Source of the DNA: Phoronis australis
Taxonomy: Eukaryota > Animalia > Phoronida
Direction of reading: 5' to 3'
DNA length: 36,101 nucleotides
Assembly (NCBI GenBank): GCA_002633005.1
Contig: NMRA01000009.1
Location: 427,455-463,555 of the forward strand
A program made the translations under genes and the position numbers. Positions 1 to 10,370 of the stretch are shown here, in pieces. The notes under the pieces were generated by a model. It ran no database searches. It was given only the letters and a program-made list of their open reading frames with translations, and was not told the origin of the DNA. Position 1 is the stretch's first letter. Each line of letters starts with the position of its first letter.

Positions 1-1404
1 TCACTTGGGTGTAGAACTTGACCGCAGGCTCAACTTCACAACTCAAGTTAACAGTATGATCAGCCGTGCCAACAGAGGAATCAATGCCCTTAGGGCTGCG
101 GCTGGTCGGAAGGCGGAGGAAAGGCACCTCGTCATGCTTTATAAAGCCCTGGTCACTTCGATCTTCGACTACGCTCTCCCCATGATCAACATCAGTAAAA
201 ATCAAATCAACAGACTTGAGAGGCTCCAGAACATTGGTCTTCGCGTCATCACTGGATGTACGAGAACTACGTCAGTCACAGCATTACGTTACCTTGTCGG
301 TATTCCCAGCATTGCAGACAGACAATCCCTTCTACAAGGTATTACTGTAGCCAAGGCTGTTCAAAGCCCCTTCCATCCATTACACAGTCAAGTGAAGACT
401 GCACTTGACAGGTGCGTGAACTCCGTCCCTGCAACAGAAACTTATGGACTTCGTCCTAGACCTTTTCGCAATGCCTCCCACCAAAGACTTAGCAGGTGCT
501 CGTGGACTGTCGCTGCTGTTAACGCAACCATGGGTCTCATCGGCGAACACATGATCGCGCAAGTTGCTGCTTGGCTGCCAGTACAAGAACTTGGTGAGGA
601 ACCGAATGTCATCATTGCTTTCAACAGGGAAGCTCGGGAATGGCCTCCTGGAGTAGCCCAAGCATTGTGCCGTCAGCAATGGCGTGATCTTGGCGGTATT
701 AATGCCATCATTGTAGCAACTGATGGATCCTTCGATGGTGAAACTAATCGTGCGGGATGGGGCTATCAAATACGCTGTGCTAACAACGTCATTGCGGAAG
801 GTAGTGGCTGCCACCATATATCCACAAGCAGTACGCGGATGGAGTTTGAGGCTATACAACGAGCCCTAACCAAGCTGTCACTCCTAGACCTGGAGAATCA
901 CACCATTATCTTTGCCACCGATTCCATGGCAGTGTTGATGAAAGTTCAATCTGGAAACCTCCCAGCCAACTGGGGTGTCTTCCGATCACGCCACCCTCAT
1001 CATGTGGTGATCTGGTCTTTCGTACCTGGCCACGCCGGTGTCTTGATTAATGAGCGTGCAGATTACCTCGCTGGCTCATGCACCACCAACCAACCCCTCT
1101 ACTTATATTCGGCTGACGTTAAGCTGCTGGCTCGCAAACGCAACCACGAGCAGACTGCATCCCAGCTGGCTGAGTTCAATGATGGCAGCCGCCTGCTCGA
1201 AGTCGGTATTATTTTTGGCCATGCTGCGAAGAGTCACAAGATGGGCCGTGCCCGAGTGCTGTCTAATCAAATGCTTACAGGCAACGTCAGCCCTGGAGTT
1301 CTGCGCCTTCTGCTATCACGGGGATGGTCTGGGGAGGGGATTAATGCACCAGCATATCCCCAATGATCCTGTCCGTGACAGGTATTACAGGTATTACAGG
1401 TATT
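1..1404 (+). mobile_element. LINE (Ingi/I-group) 3' end with (ACAGGTATT)3 tail
   Basis: Stop at 1366, 11-nt 3' UTR, then three perfect ACAGGTATT copies at 1378-1404, followed by an abrupt drop to AT-rich sequence. Confidence 0.88.
2..1366 (+). CDS. 3' part of non-LTR retrotransposon ORF (RT thumb + RNase H), Ingi/I-group-like; begins upstream of window
   Basis: Frame open from window start (HLGVELDRRLNF = end-of-RT motif; RLERLQNIGLRVITG). RNase H motifs TDGS, SSTRMEFEAI, TDS, PGHAG..NERAD with all four acidic residues and the His present. C-terminus NQMLTGNVS..LRLLL lacks a CCHC knuckle, resembling invertebrate Ingi-like elements as I recall them. Confidence 0.93.
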   Translation, partial: HLGVELDRRLNFTTQVNSMISRANRGINALRAAAGRKAEERHLVMLYKALVTSIFDYALPMINISKNQINRLERLQNIGLRVITGCTRTTSVTALRYLVGIPSIADRQSLLQGITVAKAVQSPFHPLHSQVKTALDRCVNSVPATETYGLRPRPFRNASHQRLSRCSWTVAAVNATMGLIGEHMIAQVAAWLPVQELGEEPNVIIAFNREAREWPPGVAQALCRQQWRDLGGINAIIVATDGSFDGETNRAGWGYQIRCANNVIAEGSGCHHISTSSTRMEFEAIQRALTKLSLLDLENHTIIFATDSMAVLMKVQSGNLPANWGVFRSRHPHHVVIWSFVPGHAGVLINERADYLAGSCTTNQPLYLYSADVKLLARKRNHEQTASQLAEFNDGSRLLEVGIIFGHAAKSHKMGRARVLSNQMLTGNVSPGVLRLLLSRGWSGEGINAPAYPQ

Positions 1405-1644
1405 AAATTATGAAAAGCTGTAATTAAGTGGAAAATATGTCTAGGATAACCAACCAACCTTATTTTAGCTCAAAACGACATGGAAAAAGGTTGCCTTCGC
1501 CTTTAACATGCACTCTAACGATTCAAGCAAGGAGTGTACTACAGTACTACACTCATTGATTCAAGTATGGGAACATACACGCGCGCCACTTCAAAGTCGC
1601 ACATCAAACGAGAATAGCGACAGTGCTAACTGAGAGAGTATACC

Positions 1645-1966
1645 CAGTGACGGATTTAAATAGGGGCCTAGTTGCCCCCCNCCCCCCCCCCGGCCTAAAA
1701 TTCTCCCAGATTCCCTTTTGCACTTCGGGGTGAGAATTGCTGAATGACGATATGCGCGCACCCAGGGCGTCTCAGCCGCGGGGACGAATGCACAATGCAT
1801 ATGCCTTGAACAAACCACGTTTACCGTTTTTTAGTAATAAGGTCCACAAACCCAAACATTCGAGACCCCTACATCCCTACATTTTAGGTTGGACGCGCAA
1901 ATGTGGCAAAATTCTGGTTATTTTTTGTCCTGTCCCCGCTAATTCAAAATCCTGGATCCGCCCCTG
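1645..1966. mobile_element. Small GC-box MITE-like element (CAGGGGCGGATCCAGG-type ends)
   Basis: Left CAGTGACGGATTTAAA; right end reverse-complement CAGGGGCGGATCCAGGA; internal poly-C; flanks ATACC/ATATC (4/5 match). A related element lies at ~32660-32819. Confidence 0.55.
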
Positions 1967-2254
1967 ATATCTGCCTCCCGGGCCATTCAGTAACGCTAGG
2001 ACCTCGCTAAAAAGCTAGACTTCGCGAGATTCTTGATGTGAGATATTGCCGTGTATTTTAAATATGAGAACACGTGACTTTGGCTAGATTTTAGCTAGAT
2101 CCTGTAGCGTAGGTCTCAACGCACGCCGGCCTGCTCGACTCTGTACCAGAAAAGTTTCTGAGCGACCCAGGTGTTAATTGACAATGAACTTAGACCTCTG
2201 GGGTTATACAAGACCCATTGCTTTGCGATATCTTGCCGTGGGCCCAATGTTCCT

Positions 2255-3015
2255 CAGAACCGCGTGGCTCTAGGCTTGATGTTCCAGAGGCCCGTAGCCA
2301 TGCACCATTCTAGCGATCTTTTTTATTCTTCTCCTCACAGTAGCGCCAGTTTTCATTCCCAGGATCTCCAGTCGACCACGTAGATTTTTCAGGCTCGATT
2401 CTATGGGAAGAATTTTGTTCCGGCTGAAGGTGGCCACTATAGTGTCAGTAGAAACAAATTCTGACGAGTTATTCTGGGCGGAGCAGTTTGCCCCAAGCCC
2501 AGAAATTTTATCGTAATAGCATTTCTTCTCTGCAGTATCTTTTATTACCGCAAAAATTCACGTATAGTATTGATCGTCTATAACACCTTTGATTTTTTAG
2601 GAAATACGGTAAGCGCCGGCCTGCTTCTCTATTCATGAATAAGTTTCGAGAAATTTCAATTAAGCACAAGGCACACAAGAATTGCCAGCAACAATGATCG
2701 TTATTCTGCTAACGCAAAACCTGACTTGCATTTTTTATTATTTTCTACGTTATTTATTATTTCAAGATTACACACAAATACCCAGTAACAATCAGACAGC
2801 AAAGTAACCCTGTCAGTGAGGCACTGTCCTTTCCGCCGGTCGCCACGGCATCTTCGGTAACCATGCAAACATTTCCAGAAAACTTAGTCGGGGAAATTTC
2901 ATCAAAATAGGGAGAACTTGACACCTTTCCGTGAGGTGTGAGAATTGTTCAAAATCATAGGACTTCCCGTCTAAATCGTTGGGAGTGATGGCAAAACCAC
3001 CGTCACATTTCTGTA
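2255..3015. repeat. Dispersed repeat, copy 1 (inverted copy at ~24040-24870)
   Basis: Colinear shared blocks, e.g. GGGGAAATTTCATCAAAATAGGGAGAACTTGACACCTTTCCGTG, TAACACCTTTGATTTTTTAGGAA, GGCAAAACCACCGTCACATTTCT, occur reverse-complemented at 24040-24510. Confidence 0.8.
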
Positions 3016-3845
3016 GTCTGACTTTTTCGAATGCATGTGTTATCTAATGCACTGCAGTCGGAAAATCAGTGCGTCAGACGGACATCGCAGAAAGCGGACG
3101 TTCCGAAGGAGGCATGGTTTCGAACATGGGAAGAAAATAAAGTGACAAAGAATTCAAGTATTATATTTTGAAATAAATCCATCACCCGGGAAAATAATTT
3201 GTTACTTGTTGTTATAATTCACATTGTGCCAAGCCACCCGGTCTCGGAGGTCGTCGTTGCACTTTTGTCTTGTTGTTATCGTCGATCTTTATCTCTAATA
3301 ATTCGAACTCTCGGCTGTCTTTTCTAATAGTGCGTACGGCCAATTTTCTTTCTATTAATTCGTACACGAAGCTCTCAAGGGAAAAATAGTTCGTGCTAGT
3401 GTACGAACTAGTAGAGAAAACACCGTTACCTTTGTGTGTTCTCTACCTCCCCCCTAGCGAACACGCAGGGAACCAGCGAGGTGGCAATAGTTGTCACAGT
3501 AGCCAATCAGCTTTCAATAAATGGACGTGTGCGGACGCAAAGTCGTACTTCCGTTGCGACTGTTTTGCCAATTCTGAATTGAGAAGATAGTCAGGGGTAA
3601 TTTTAGATTGTTTGTGGGGACGTTCAGCTGATTCTCAAGAAGATTGGCACATTGGCAAATGTCTGTGTAAGTGCGGTTTCCGAAATCTTCAGTTAAAGAC
3701 CAATTTACGATTGGTTTTGTCACTTGTTGTCTGCTTTTCCGGACAAACAGACAGAGAATAACTTTGGACTGGTTCTTGGACCAACCAACGCCTGCGTTTA
3801 CTTCATAATAGAACACTAGCGTTCGGTCAGCTTATCAAAGTCCTG

Positions 3846-4633
3846 GGTAATTGTTTACAATATGACGACACTGACTTACACATATGATTTTGGTATCGTT
3901 CCATTCCTTGCAAAGTTATCTTTCCAAAAATACACAGGAAATTTTCCTACCCCGTTCCCTTAGTATTTTATCGTGAGATTTCTTCTCGCACTATTGTCTA
4001 TTTCCCGGTACTCTGTTGTAATACCGCCATGTTGAATGGAAGGAGTCCCCTGGCGGTCAAAAACTGAACTAATCTTCCGTGACTTCTGCAGATCGTCACT
4101 TTTCAGATGTTGAAACTGACCGAGACCCGCCTTGCCCCAGTTACGGTCCCAAGGGTTCGAATTCGATCCCAGGCTATGGCGACCCTGTTACGCATCTGCT
4201 AGCAAGAATCCGCGAAAAAAGCGAAGGTTGTTTTTGAGGTCCGAAATGGTGAAAAGGGTATCACTTTAGACAATTGCGTGGAAAATGGTCAAATGGTCAC
4301 AATTATAAAAAAAATTAGAAAAGGTGTAATGCTGGTACGTGTCCTCCATATTATGTCAGGAAAACTTGAGTGGGAATCTTGGCGCGGGCAAATACCATTC
4401 AGAATCGATGATGCTTTTTCATTCATTAACAGCAGGTGACGTTGTAATCTTGAGTTGAGCTAACATGGCGGTGTCAACCGGGAAATAGTGCGAACCGAAA
4501 TTTGAGGATAAAATATGGAGCACACGCGGTAGGGGAAACATTCATACAATTTTGGAAAGATAACGTTGCGAGGAATCGAACGATACCAAAATCATGTGTG
4601 TTGGTCAATGTCGTCATATTGTAAACAATTACC
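3846..4633. mobile_element. MITE with ~180-bp imperfect terminal inverted repeats (GG-start)
   Basis: GGTAATTGTTTACAATATGACGAC... (3846-4033) is the reverse complement of ...GTCGTCATATTGTAAACAATTACC (4462-4633). No TSD seen. Confidence 0.75.
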
Positions 4634-5176
4634 TTGTGCGCATAGAGGGATACCTTAGGAGGCTGCCAATTCTTTAATTCCTTCCAACTTGGAACTCTCA
4701 TGCGTGGCACGCAGCGGCGCACTAGTCGGATATAATGGACCCTAACTTATTGCAAATAAATCCACTAAATGTGGGTCTAAGTGAATGATTTGGTATCTTT
4801 GCATTCCTCAGACATCTAGCTATCCGTATATATCCACTTCATGACTCTCAGTTACTTCGATTTATAACTACGCTATTCTGAACTCGGTTCACTTTAGCCA
4901 CGCGCATTGTGAAATCGGCAGCCATTTCAGGGAACTTACTATACCTAGCGCCATCTATCGGTGATCTGCTACAACACACGGTGTTCCTTTTTCATCAGTC
5001 AACGTCATTGGTCGATTTCGTCAATTATTAACGTCATCGTTATTTATCATCGTTGTCTGCTCTTGTCATCACCTTCGTCGTCTCTCTCGCCATCTTATCT
5101 GTCATCGTCATGTGTTGTTATTATCGTCCATGAGACATGTACCGACATCTATAGTTTGTCATATGGGTGAACCTTA

Positions 5177-6011
5177 CAGGCATAAGATAATTCTTGTTAA
5201 TGGCGTTAGCAATTATTTTGCGGCTTAAAGTAATTATTTGCGCCGCAGTGCTGTAGTGGGGTGTAGGCACACATAAGCGCAGCCAACCACCTTTTTGTTT
5301 TTTAACGTATCGCCTACCCACCGTAAGTTACGGTATAGTGCAGCCAACCACCTTTTTACATATTATTGTCGCAACCACGTTTTTACATTTTAACGTAGTG
5401 TCAGCGCGGCGTAAGGGACGGTATAGTGCGGCGTAGTCTCGATACGATAGCTTACAGCATCAATGCGATACACTGACGACAGCATTGTTGCCGAACATTT
5501 GGCCGTGCGTTGGACCACCAGGCATACTTGGATGCTCACATGGAATTTTTATTTATTTTTCAAGATATAGAAACAGTTATGGTGTCCCGTCATAGGTGGA
5601 TAAAGGGGGGGTTGGCGAAGGGCCTCGCGGACACACCCGACGGGTGACCAAAAATCACAACCAGAATATCATTTCTGGGCGTTACGCTCATATCGTTGGG
5701 TCCCTTCAGAGACCGCTTGGATTGCACATGGACTTTTCCCTCTCTTTCTCCAACATCCAAGATCCGTTAGTCAAAAAGTAGGCCTAGATGTTTGTGAGTC
5801 AGGTTTTGCGAGTTCAATGTATTTTTAAAATTCAGCACCCATACAATGAGCTGTGGGTGCCTACTTGCCTCAGATTTTACCAGTACAGCACTGGCGTAAA
5901 GTAATTCGCAGGCTAAACCAGCTTTTTAAGGCATTAAGTAATTATTTGCGGCGTAAAGTAACGCCTCTAAATCATTACTTAACGTCGCTAACAAGAATTA
6001 ACTTTTGCACG
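5177..6011. mobile_element. TA-flanked MITE (Tc1/mariner-like) nested in the Merlin element
   Basis: TA|CAGGCATAAGATAATTCTTGTTAATGGCGTTA vs right end reverse-complement TA|CGTGCAAAAGTTAATTCTTGTTAGCGACGTTA (25/32). Internal repeats CAGCCAACCACCTTTT and AAGTAATTATTTGCG. Confidence 0.65.
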
Positions 6012-6463
6012 TAATTTGATGGCGAAACGTTCACCCATTTGGCGAATGAGAGACATTGGCGAAAAGATTCTTCTCCATCAGTATCAAAAAGTCTTTGCAG
6101 TTATTGTGATTTTGCCTCCCTGCCCTGTTCATAACCCAAACCCCAGTTGTCATTTAACTTGAGAGTACGCCTCTGACAATGATCGTTATAGATTCTAGGT
6201 CCGAATCATCTCCGCAGGCAGATCACATGCGCCCAATTTGTACTTATCATAGACTGATGGGGATGGGTCTGTTCAGTGTATATGCGCGTCCTAAAAAGGC
6301 AAAATGTTCTTTTCATGGCCAAAGTACAGAGACTGTAACACAAAGGGTGCACAGCGACTACTGATAAATTGTACACATTTCTTACAATTTGCTATTCCCA
6401 CACTTAAGTTGGTTGTAAATACGTGAAGTATTAAACTCAAAAATAAAACCGATGTTACTGGAT

Positions 6464-6729
6464 CACGCGCGCACCCAGCCTTCAATATGGGGGTGCTCGA
6501 ATTCTTGGCGAGGTGAACCTTTTACTAACAAAATAGTCGGTTGACTAAAAAAAGGAGAAGCGTACCACGATTGGACCTGTACGTGCTGTGAATTGTGCGT
6601 TTGCACCTTTTTAGTAGACTTTTATCTCGTTTTCTCAGACTTTTTGTTTCTCTGGAACGGACCTTTTCACTATTTCGCCCAATGGGGGTTTCGCTCGAGC
6701 CCCCCGAGCACTCCCTGGGTGCGCGCATG
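6464..6729. mobile_element. 266-bp MITE with 5-bp TSD, nested in the Merlin element
   Basis: TIR CACGCGCGCACCCAG / CTGGGTGCGCGCATG (14/15); TGGAT on both sides (6459-6463, 6730-6734). Confidence 0.8.
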
Positions 6730-6833
6730 TGGATGTAAAATACGTCTATTCTAAACTGATCAAAAGGGCCGACTGGCCACACAAGCACATGCCAACTGCA
6801 GACCTCTGTCGTTAGACAACTACAAAAATCGTA

Positions 6834-7716
6834 ATGTCGTTGGACGATATCTTTGCGTGGACACACGATTATCCTTCAACTATCGCACTTCTCAGGCACC
6901 ATCAGGTTATTCGTCGCCATCCTCCCAACTGCAACCAGTGCTTTCATGCCATGTCGGAGATTAAATGAACTGGGAAATCCATCTGGAGGTGCCCAAGCCA
7001 CGAGTTCGTGAAGGTGTCTGTTCGAGATGGCTCTTAATGGTTCGGTTCCCGCTTAAAGCTGTACCAGTTGGTTCGTTTGTGCTGGACATGGTCGTATTCG
7101 CTCCCAGTTCACTTCGCCGCGGAGATGCTCGACGGTCATGCAGTGGAATAGTTATTACCGTGACATGTGTAGTAATCACCTGGTAGCGAATCCAAGACAG
7201 GTCGGCGGTCCTGGTATCGTAGTACAGATCGACGAGTCTTTGATAGCGCGAAGAAAAAATATCGTCGGCCACCCTGTACCCGAGTGTTGGGTCTTAGGGG
7301 GCTATTGCCCAGCCCAGGCTTTCGGATTTTTAAAGTTTGTTCCAGATTGTTCTGCTCAGACACTGCTGCCCATCATACAGCGTTGTATAGCACCAGGGTC
7401 TATCGTGCACTCAGACATGTGAGTGGCATACAGTGGCATAGTGAACCTTCCAGTGAATCCTCCATATCAACACCAGACACTCAATCACAATCAGAACTTC
7501 GTTGATCTGATCACAGGTGCTCACACCAATCACGTGGAATGCTTTTGGAAGAACGCAAAACGCAGGTTCAAGGCAATGTGTGGGGCAAACGACGACAAGC
7601 TAGAAAAGTATTTGGATGAATTTATGTGGCGGCAGCACTATGGAAGAACAGCCAAAGACGCCTTCATCAACGTGCTGTTGCACTTATCTCAGTAGTCGCA
7701 GTATCAGACACCTTGA
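6834..7716 (+). pseudogene. Merlin/IS1595-family DDE transposase pseudogene
   Basis: ATG 6834; N-terminal Zn ribbon (CNQC...WRCPSH); GGPGIVVQIDES, WVLGG, TLLPII, IVHSDM*, NHNQNFVD..TGAHTNHVECFW, YLDEFMWR. Stops at 6966, 7035, 7420 and 7693 plus a frameshift near 7130. Confidence 0.95.
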
Positions 7717-9035
7717 GCAGTACTGATTGATACCCCCAACGGCCCTTTTAAGGGCCACCCACATTTTCCCATTTGGTCTGTTTCATTTACCAAACTAAAT
7801 AGAAATTCAAATACAATCGTGTGATCAATACATAAATCAAAAAATGATCATGGCAGTAACTTAGACCAACCTAGACATTGACAGTGATGACACCAGTTAC
7901 GTAAAGGACGAGTGACAACGACGGTGCTAGGCCGTATGATGATGTTTGAGATGCTACACGATATAGGCCTAGTAAATTTGCTTTACTATTAAGTTCACCC
8001 ATTTGACAAACTATAGATGTCGGTACATGTCTCGTGGACGACGATAACAACACATGACGATGACAGATAAGATGGCGAGAGAGACGACGAAGGTGATGAG
8101 GAGAGCAGACATAACGATGATTAATAACGATGACGTTAATGATTGACGAAATCGACCAATGACGTTGACTGATGAAAAAGGAACAGTGCGTGTTGTAGCA
8201 TATCGACGATAGATGGCGCTAGGTATAGTAACTTCCCTGAAATGGCTGCCAATTTCACAGTGCGCGTGGCTAAAGTGGACCGAGTTCGGAATAGCGTAGT
8301 TATAAATGGAAGTAACTGAGTGTCATGAAGTGGATATGTACGGATAGCCAGATGTCTGAGGAATGCAAAGATACCTAAATCATTCACTTAGACCCACATT
8401 TAGTGGATTTATTTGCAATAAGTTATGGTCCATTATATCCGACTAGTGCCATCCATAGTCATTGACTGTTAAAAATGGTCAGTTGCCGATTTGGGCAACA
8501 GATCGAAGGACTGCTCGAAGAAAAGTTTCACTACTGGTGTAGGCCTATTTGTTTGAGTTGGAGGGAATTAAAAGGCAATCAAAGGCCTCCTAAGGACGTT
8601 AGGTCCTTAGGTGTCTCTCTAAAGCAAAGTGACTCTGATGTTTGAATCATTGTCAGGCATAATTTGCCGAAAAAGTTCCGACGCATGAAGTCCCTATCAT
8701 AGCTTCACTGTCCTGACGGTCAGTCAAGACGGTGGCGCTGTCTAGGAACCACTGTGTGTTAAGCTCCAATAGACCTTGAAATTTTACGCAGCCCAGTAGT
8801 TCACCTTGCACGTTGCAACCGTTTGAAAAATAATCTAAGAAACATAGTTTTCTTGCATAATTCTCTGCCTTTTATAACGAAGAAAAGCCTATCATCACTG
8901 TTACACAGTTTTTACCATGCACACCTACAAAGTTGCAGATGTATTTTCTGAGAAGTGCCTAACTATAGATGTTTTAAGTAACCTTGTTTTAAGCAAATGT
9001 CAATTGTCTTGCAGTGGTTAATGTATTCGTTACAG

Positions 9036-9139
9036 ACCAGTGGACTGTCCTTCAAACTCAGTGTTAGAAGTAACTAATGACAAAGAGGAAACCACAGAGC
9101 TCTTTATTGTGTCCTCAAAAGTGGGCTGTGACAATGAAG
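9036..9139 (+). CDS. Internal exon A of uncharacterised Arg/Glu-repeat protein gene (phase 2 -> 1)
   Basis: ttcgttacag|ACCAGTG...GAAG|gtactg; open frame PVDCPSNSVLEVTNDKEETTELFIVSSKVGCDNE; phase-compatible with next exon. Confidence 0.5.
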
Positions 9140-10035
9140 GTACTGCCTAATTATGTCAGACCAGTGCCTGAGACCACCAAGCATTACTTGAGCCTTGACT
9201 GGATATTATGCTTTCACATGGCACAGATTTGAAGTGCGCCTCTCTGTCTGTTATTATCAAGTCGAGTCTTGATTGAGGCTTGGTGGTTTTAGACCTAAGG
9301 GTCCAGTTTATGCGCTGTCATGTATAGTGGTCACACATTGTTATCGTGTCCCAAGTGTCTGTTCGATATCTCAAGGACCGCTGGTTGGATCTTGATGAAA
9401 TTTGACAAAAGGGCATCACTAGAACATGCATGCTTAGTTTCAATGTGTCCTGCGCTACATCACCGATACATTGTAAGTTGTTGAGTGCACTGCATTACTG
9501 ATAAATTGTAAATTGGTTGAGGCTTTAGGCACTTACAGGGGTCCCAGAATTTGAGAACCAGTTTAATTCCTCTTATTCAGTGGAAGAATTTAGTATTTCT
9601 TAAAATCTGGGACCCTTGCAAATGACTTAATTGGTGTTGTCTTTTCTTTGATTATTTGTAGTTAGATGCTGAAGTCTTGTTATTGACACTGTGGGTTGTG
9701 TTTGAGTCATCCTATTAGTAGTGGTGATGATGTATATTGGCGAGAAGAGTTAGCATGATGAGAACACAATGCATGACTGGAAATTAGTCTTGAATTCTTG
9801 TATCGACTTCCTGCTCCCATTTCTCCTCTTGTGAAGTTTATTGTCAAATTCATATGGAAGTGAAACACATTTTGACTACATATGTAAAGGGCCTGTTAAC
9901 TTCCGTGCAAATGATTTTGACTTGAAATATCCAAGTCTGATTTTATGTTTATAAATTCAGTGACAAACTTCACTAGGTTAGTGTTTTACTTTCTACCACC
10001 TTTCTGTGTTACAGGTAATGTTATGTATATTGCAG

Positions 10036-10140
10036 GTAATGTTCTGAACATCATCAGCTTTGATGATATAACCAGAGTTGCTACTGAACCAATACCCGAA
10101 GTAATTGCTGCCGAAACTGTTGTCACAACTACACCTGGTG
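10036..10140 (+). CDS. Internal exon B of same gene (phase 1 -> 1)
   Basis: tattgcag|GTAATG...CCTGGTG|gtaaca; GNVLNIISFDDITRVATEPIPEVIAAETVVTTTPG. An in-frame alternative acceptor lies 21 nt upstream. Confidence 0.6.
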
Positions 10141-10370
10141 GTAACAAGCGGAAACAGAATATAAAGCGTAATTAATGTTTCTTAATATATCGCTCCTATT
10201 CTGTTTATTGTGAATTATACCGGATTTACAAATTGGCCATGAAATAGTGATTAATGAACCTTTGTTAATTTTACCCTTTGTGCTACTAAAGTAAGACAAC
10301 TTGATAGAGATGATCTCTCTTGAAATGTGCTTTACCTGACTGCTTCGTTACAGAAATACGGAGACATTTA

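Larger units (their letters stand above)
4718..8450 (+). mobile_element. Merlin-superfamily (IS1595/ISXO2-like) DNA transposon, defective
   Basis: TIRs at 4719-5172 and 7993-8449 (about 26 differences in ~455 bp by manual alignment). Right terminus reads GGCACTAGTCGG on the minus strand. Encloses a Merlin transposase pseudogene. No TSD recognisable. Confidence 0.93.
4631..8630. mobile_element. Palindromic MITE (family B) split by the Merlin insertion
   Basis: Left arm CCTTGTGCGCATAGAGGGATACCTTAGG (4632-4717) and right arm (8451-8630) match the two halves of the uninterrupted copy at 27176-27485. Confidence 0.75.

Noticed and set aside
380-859. 159-aa minus-strand ORF and other short ORFs overlapping the LINE ORF
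   Set aside because: Antisense or alternate-frame shadows of the retrotransposon coding sequence; no recognisable motifs.
3031-3171. 46-codon ORF as possible first exon of the Arg/Glu-repeat gene
   Set aside because: Only a weak donor, in phase 1, incompatible with the phase-2 start of exon 9036.
4140-4180. B-box-like GGTTCGAATTCGATCCC suggesting a tRNA or SINE
   Set aside because: No A box at suitable spacing and no cloverleaf could be built.
9723-9940. RTGATGA boxes suggesting an intronic C/D snoRNA
   Set aside because: Nearest CTGA is about 180 nt away and no terminal stem was seen.
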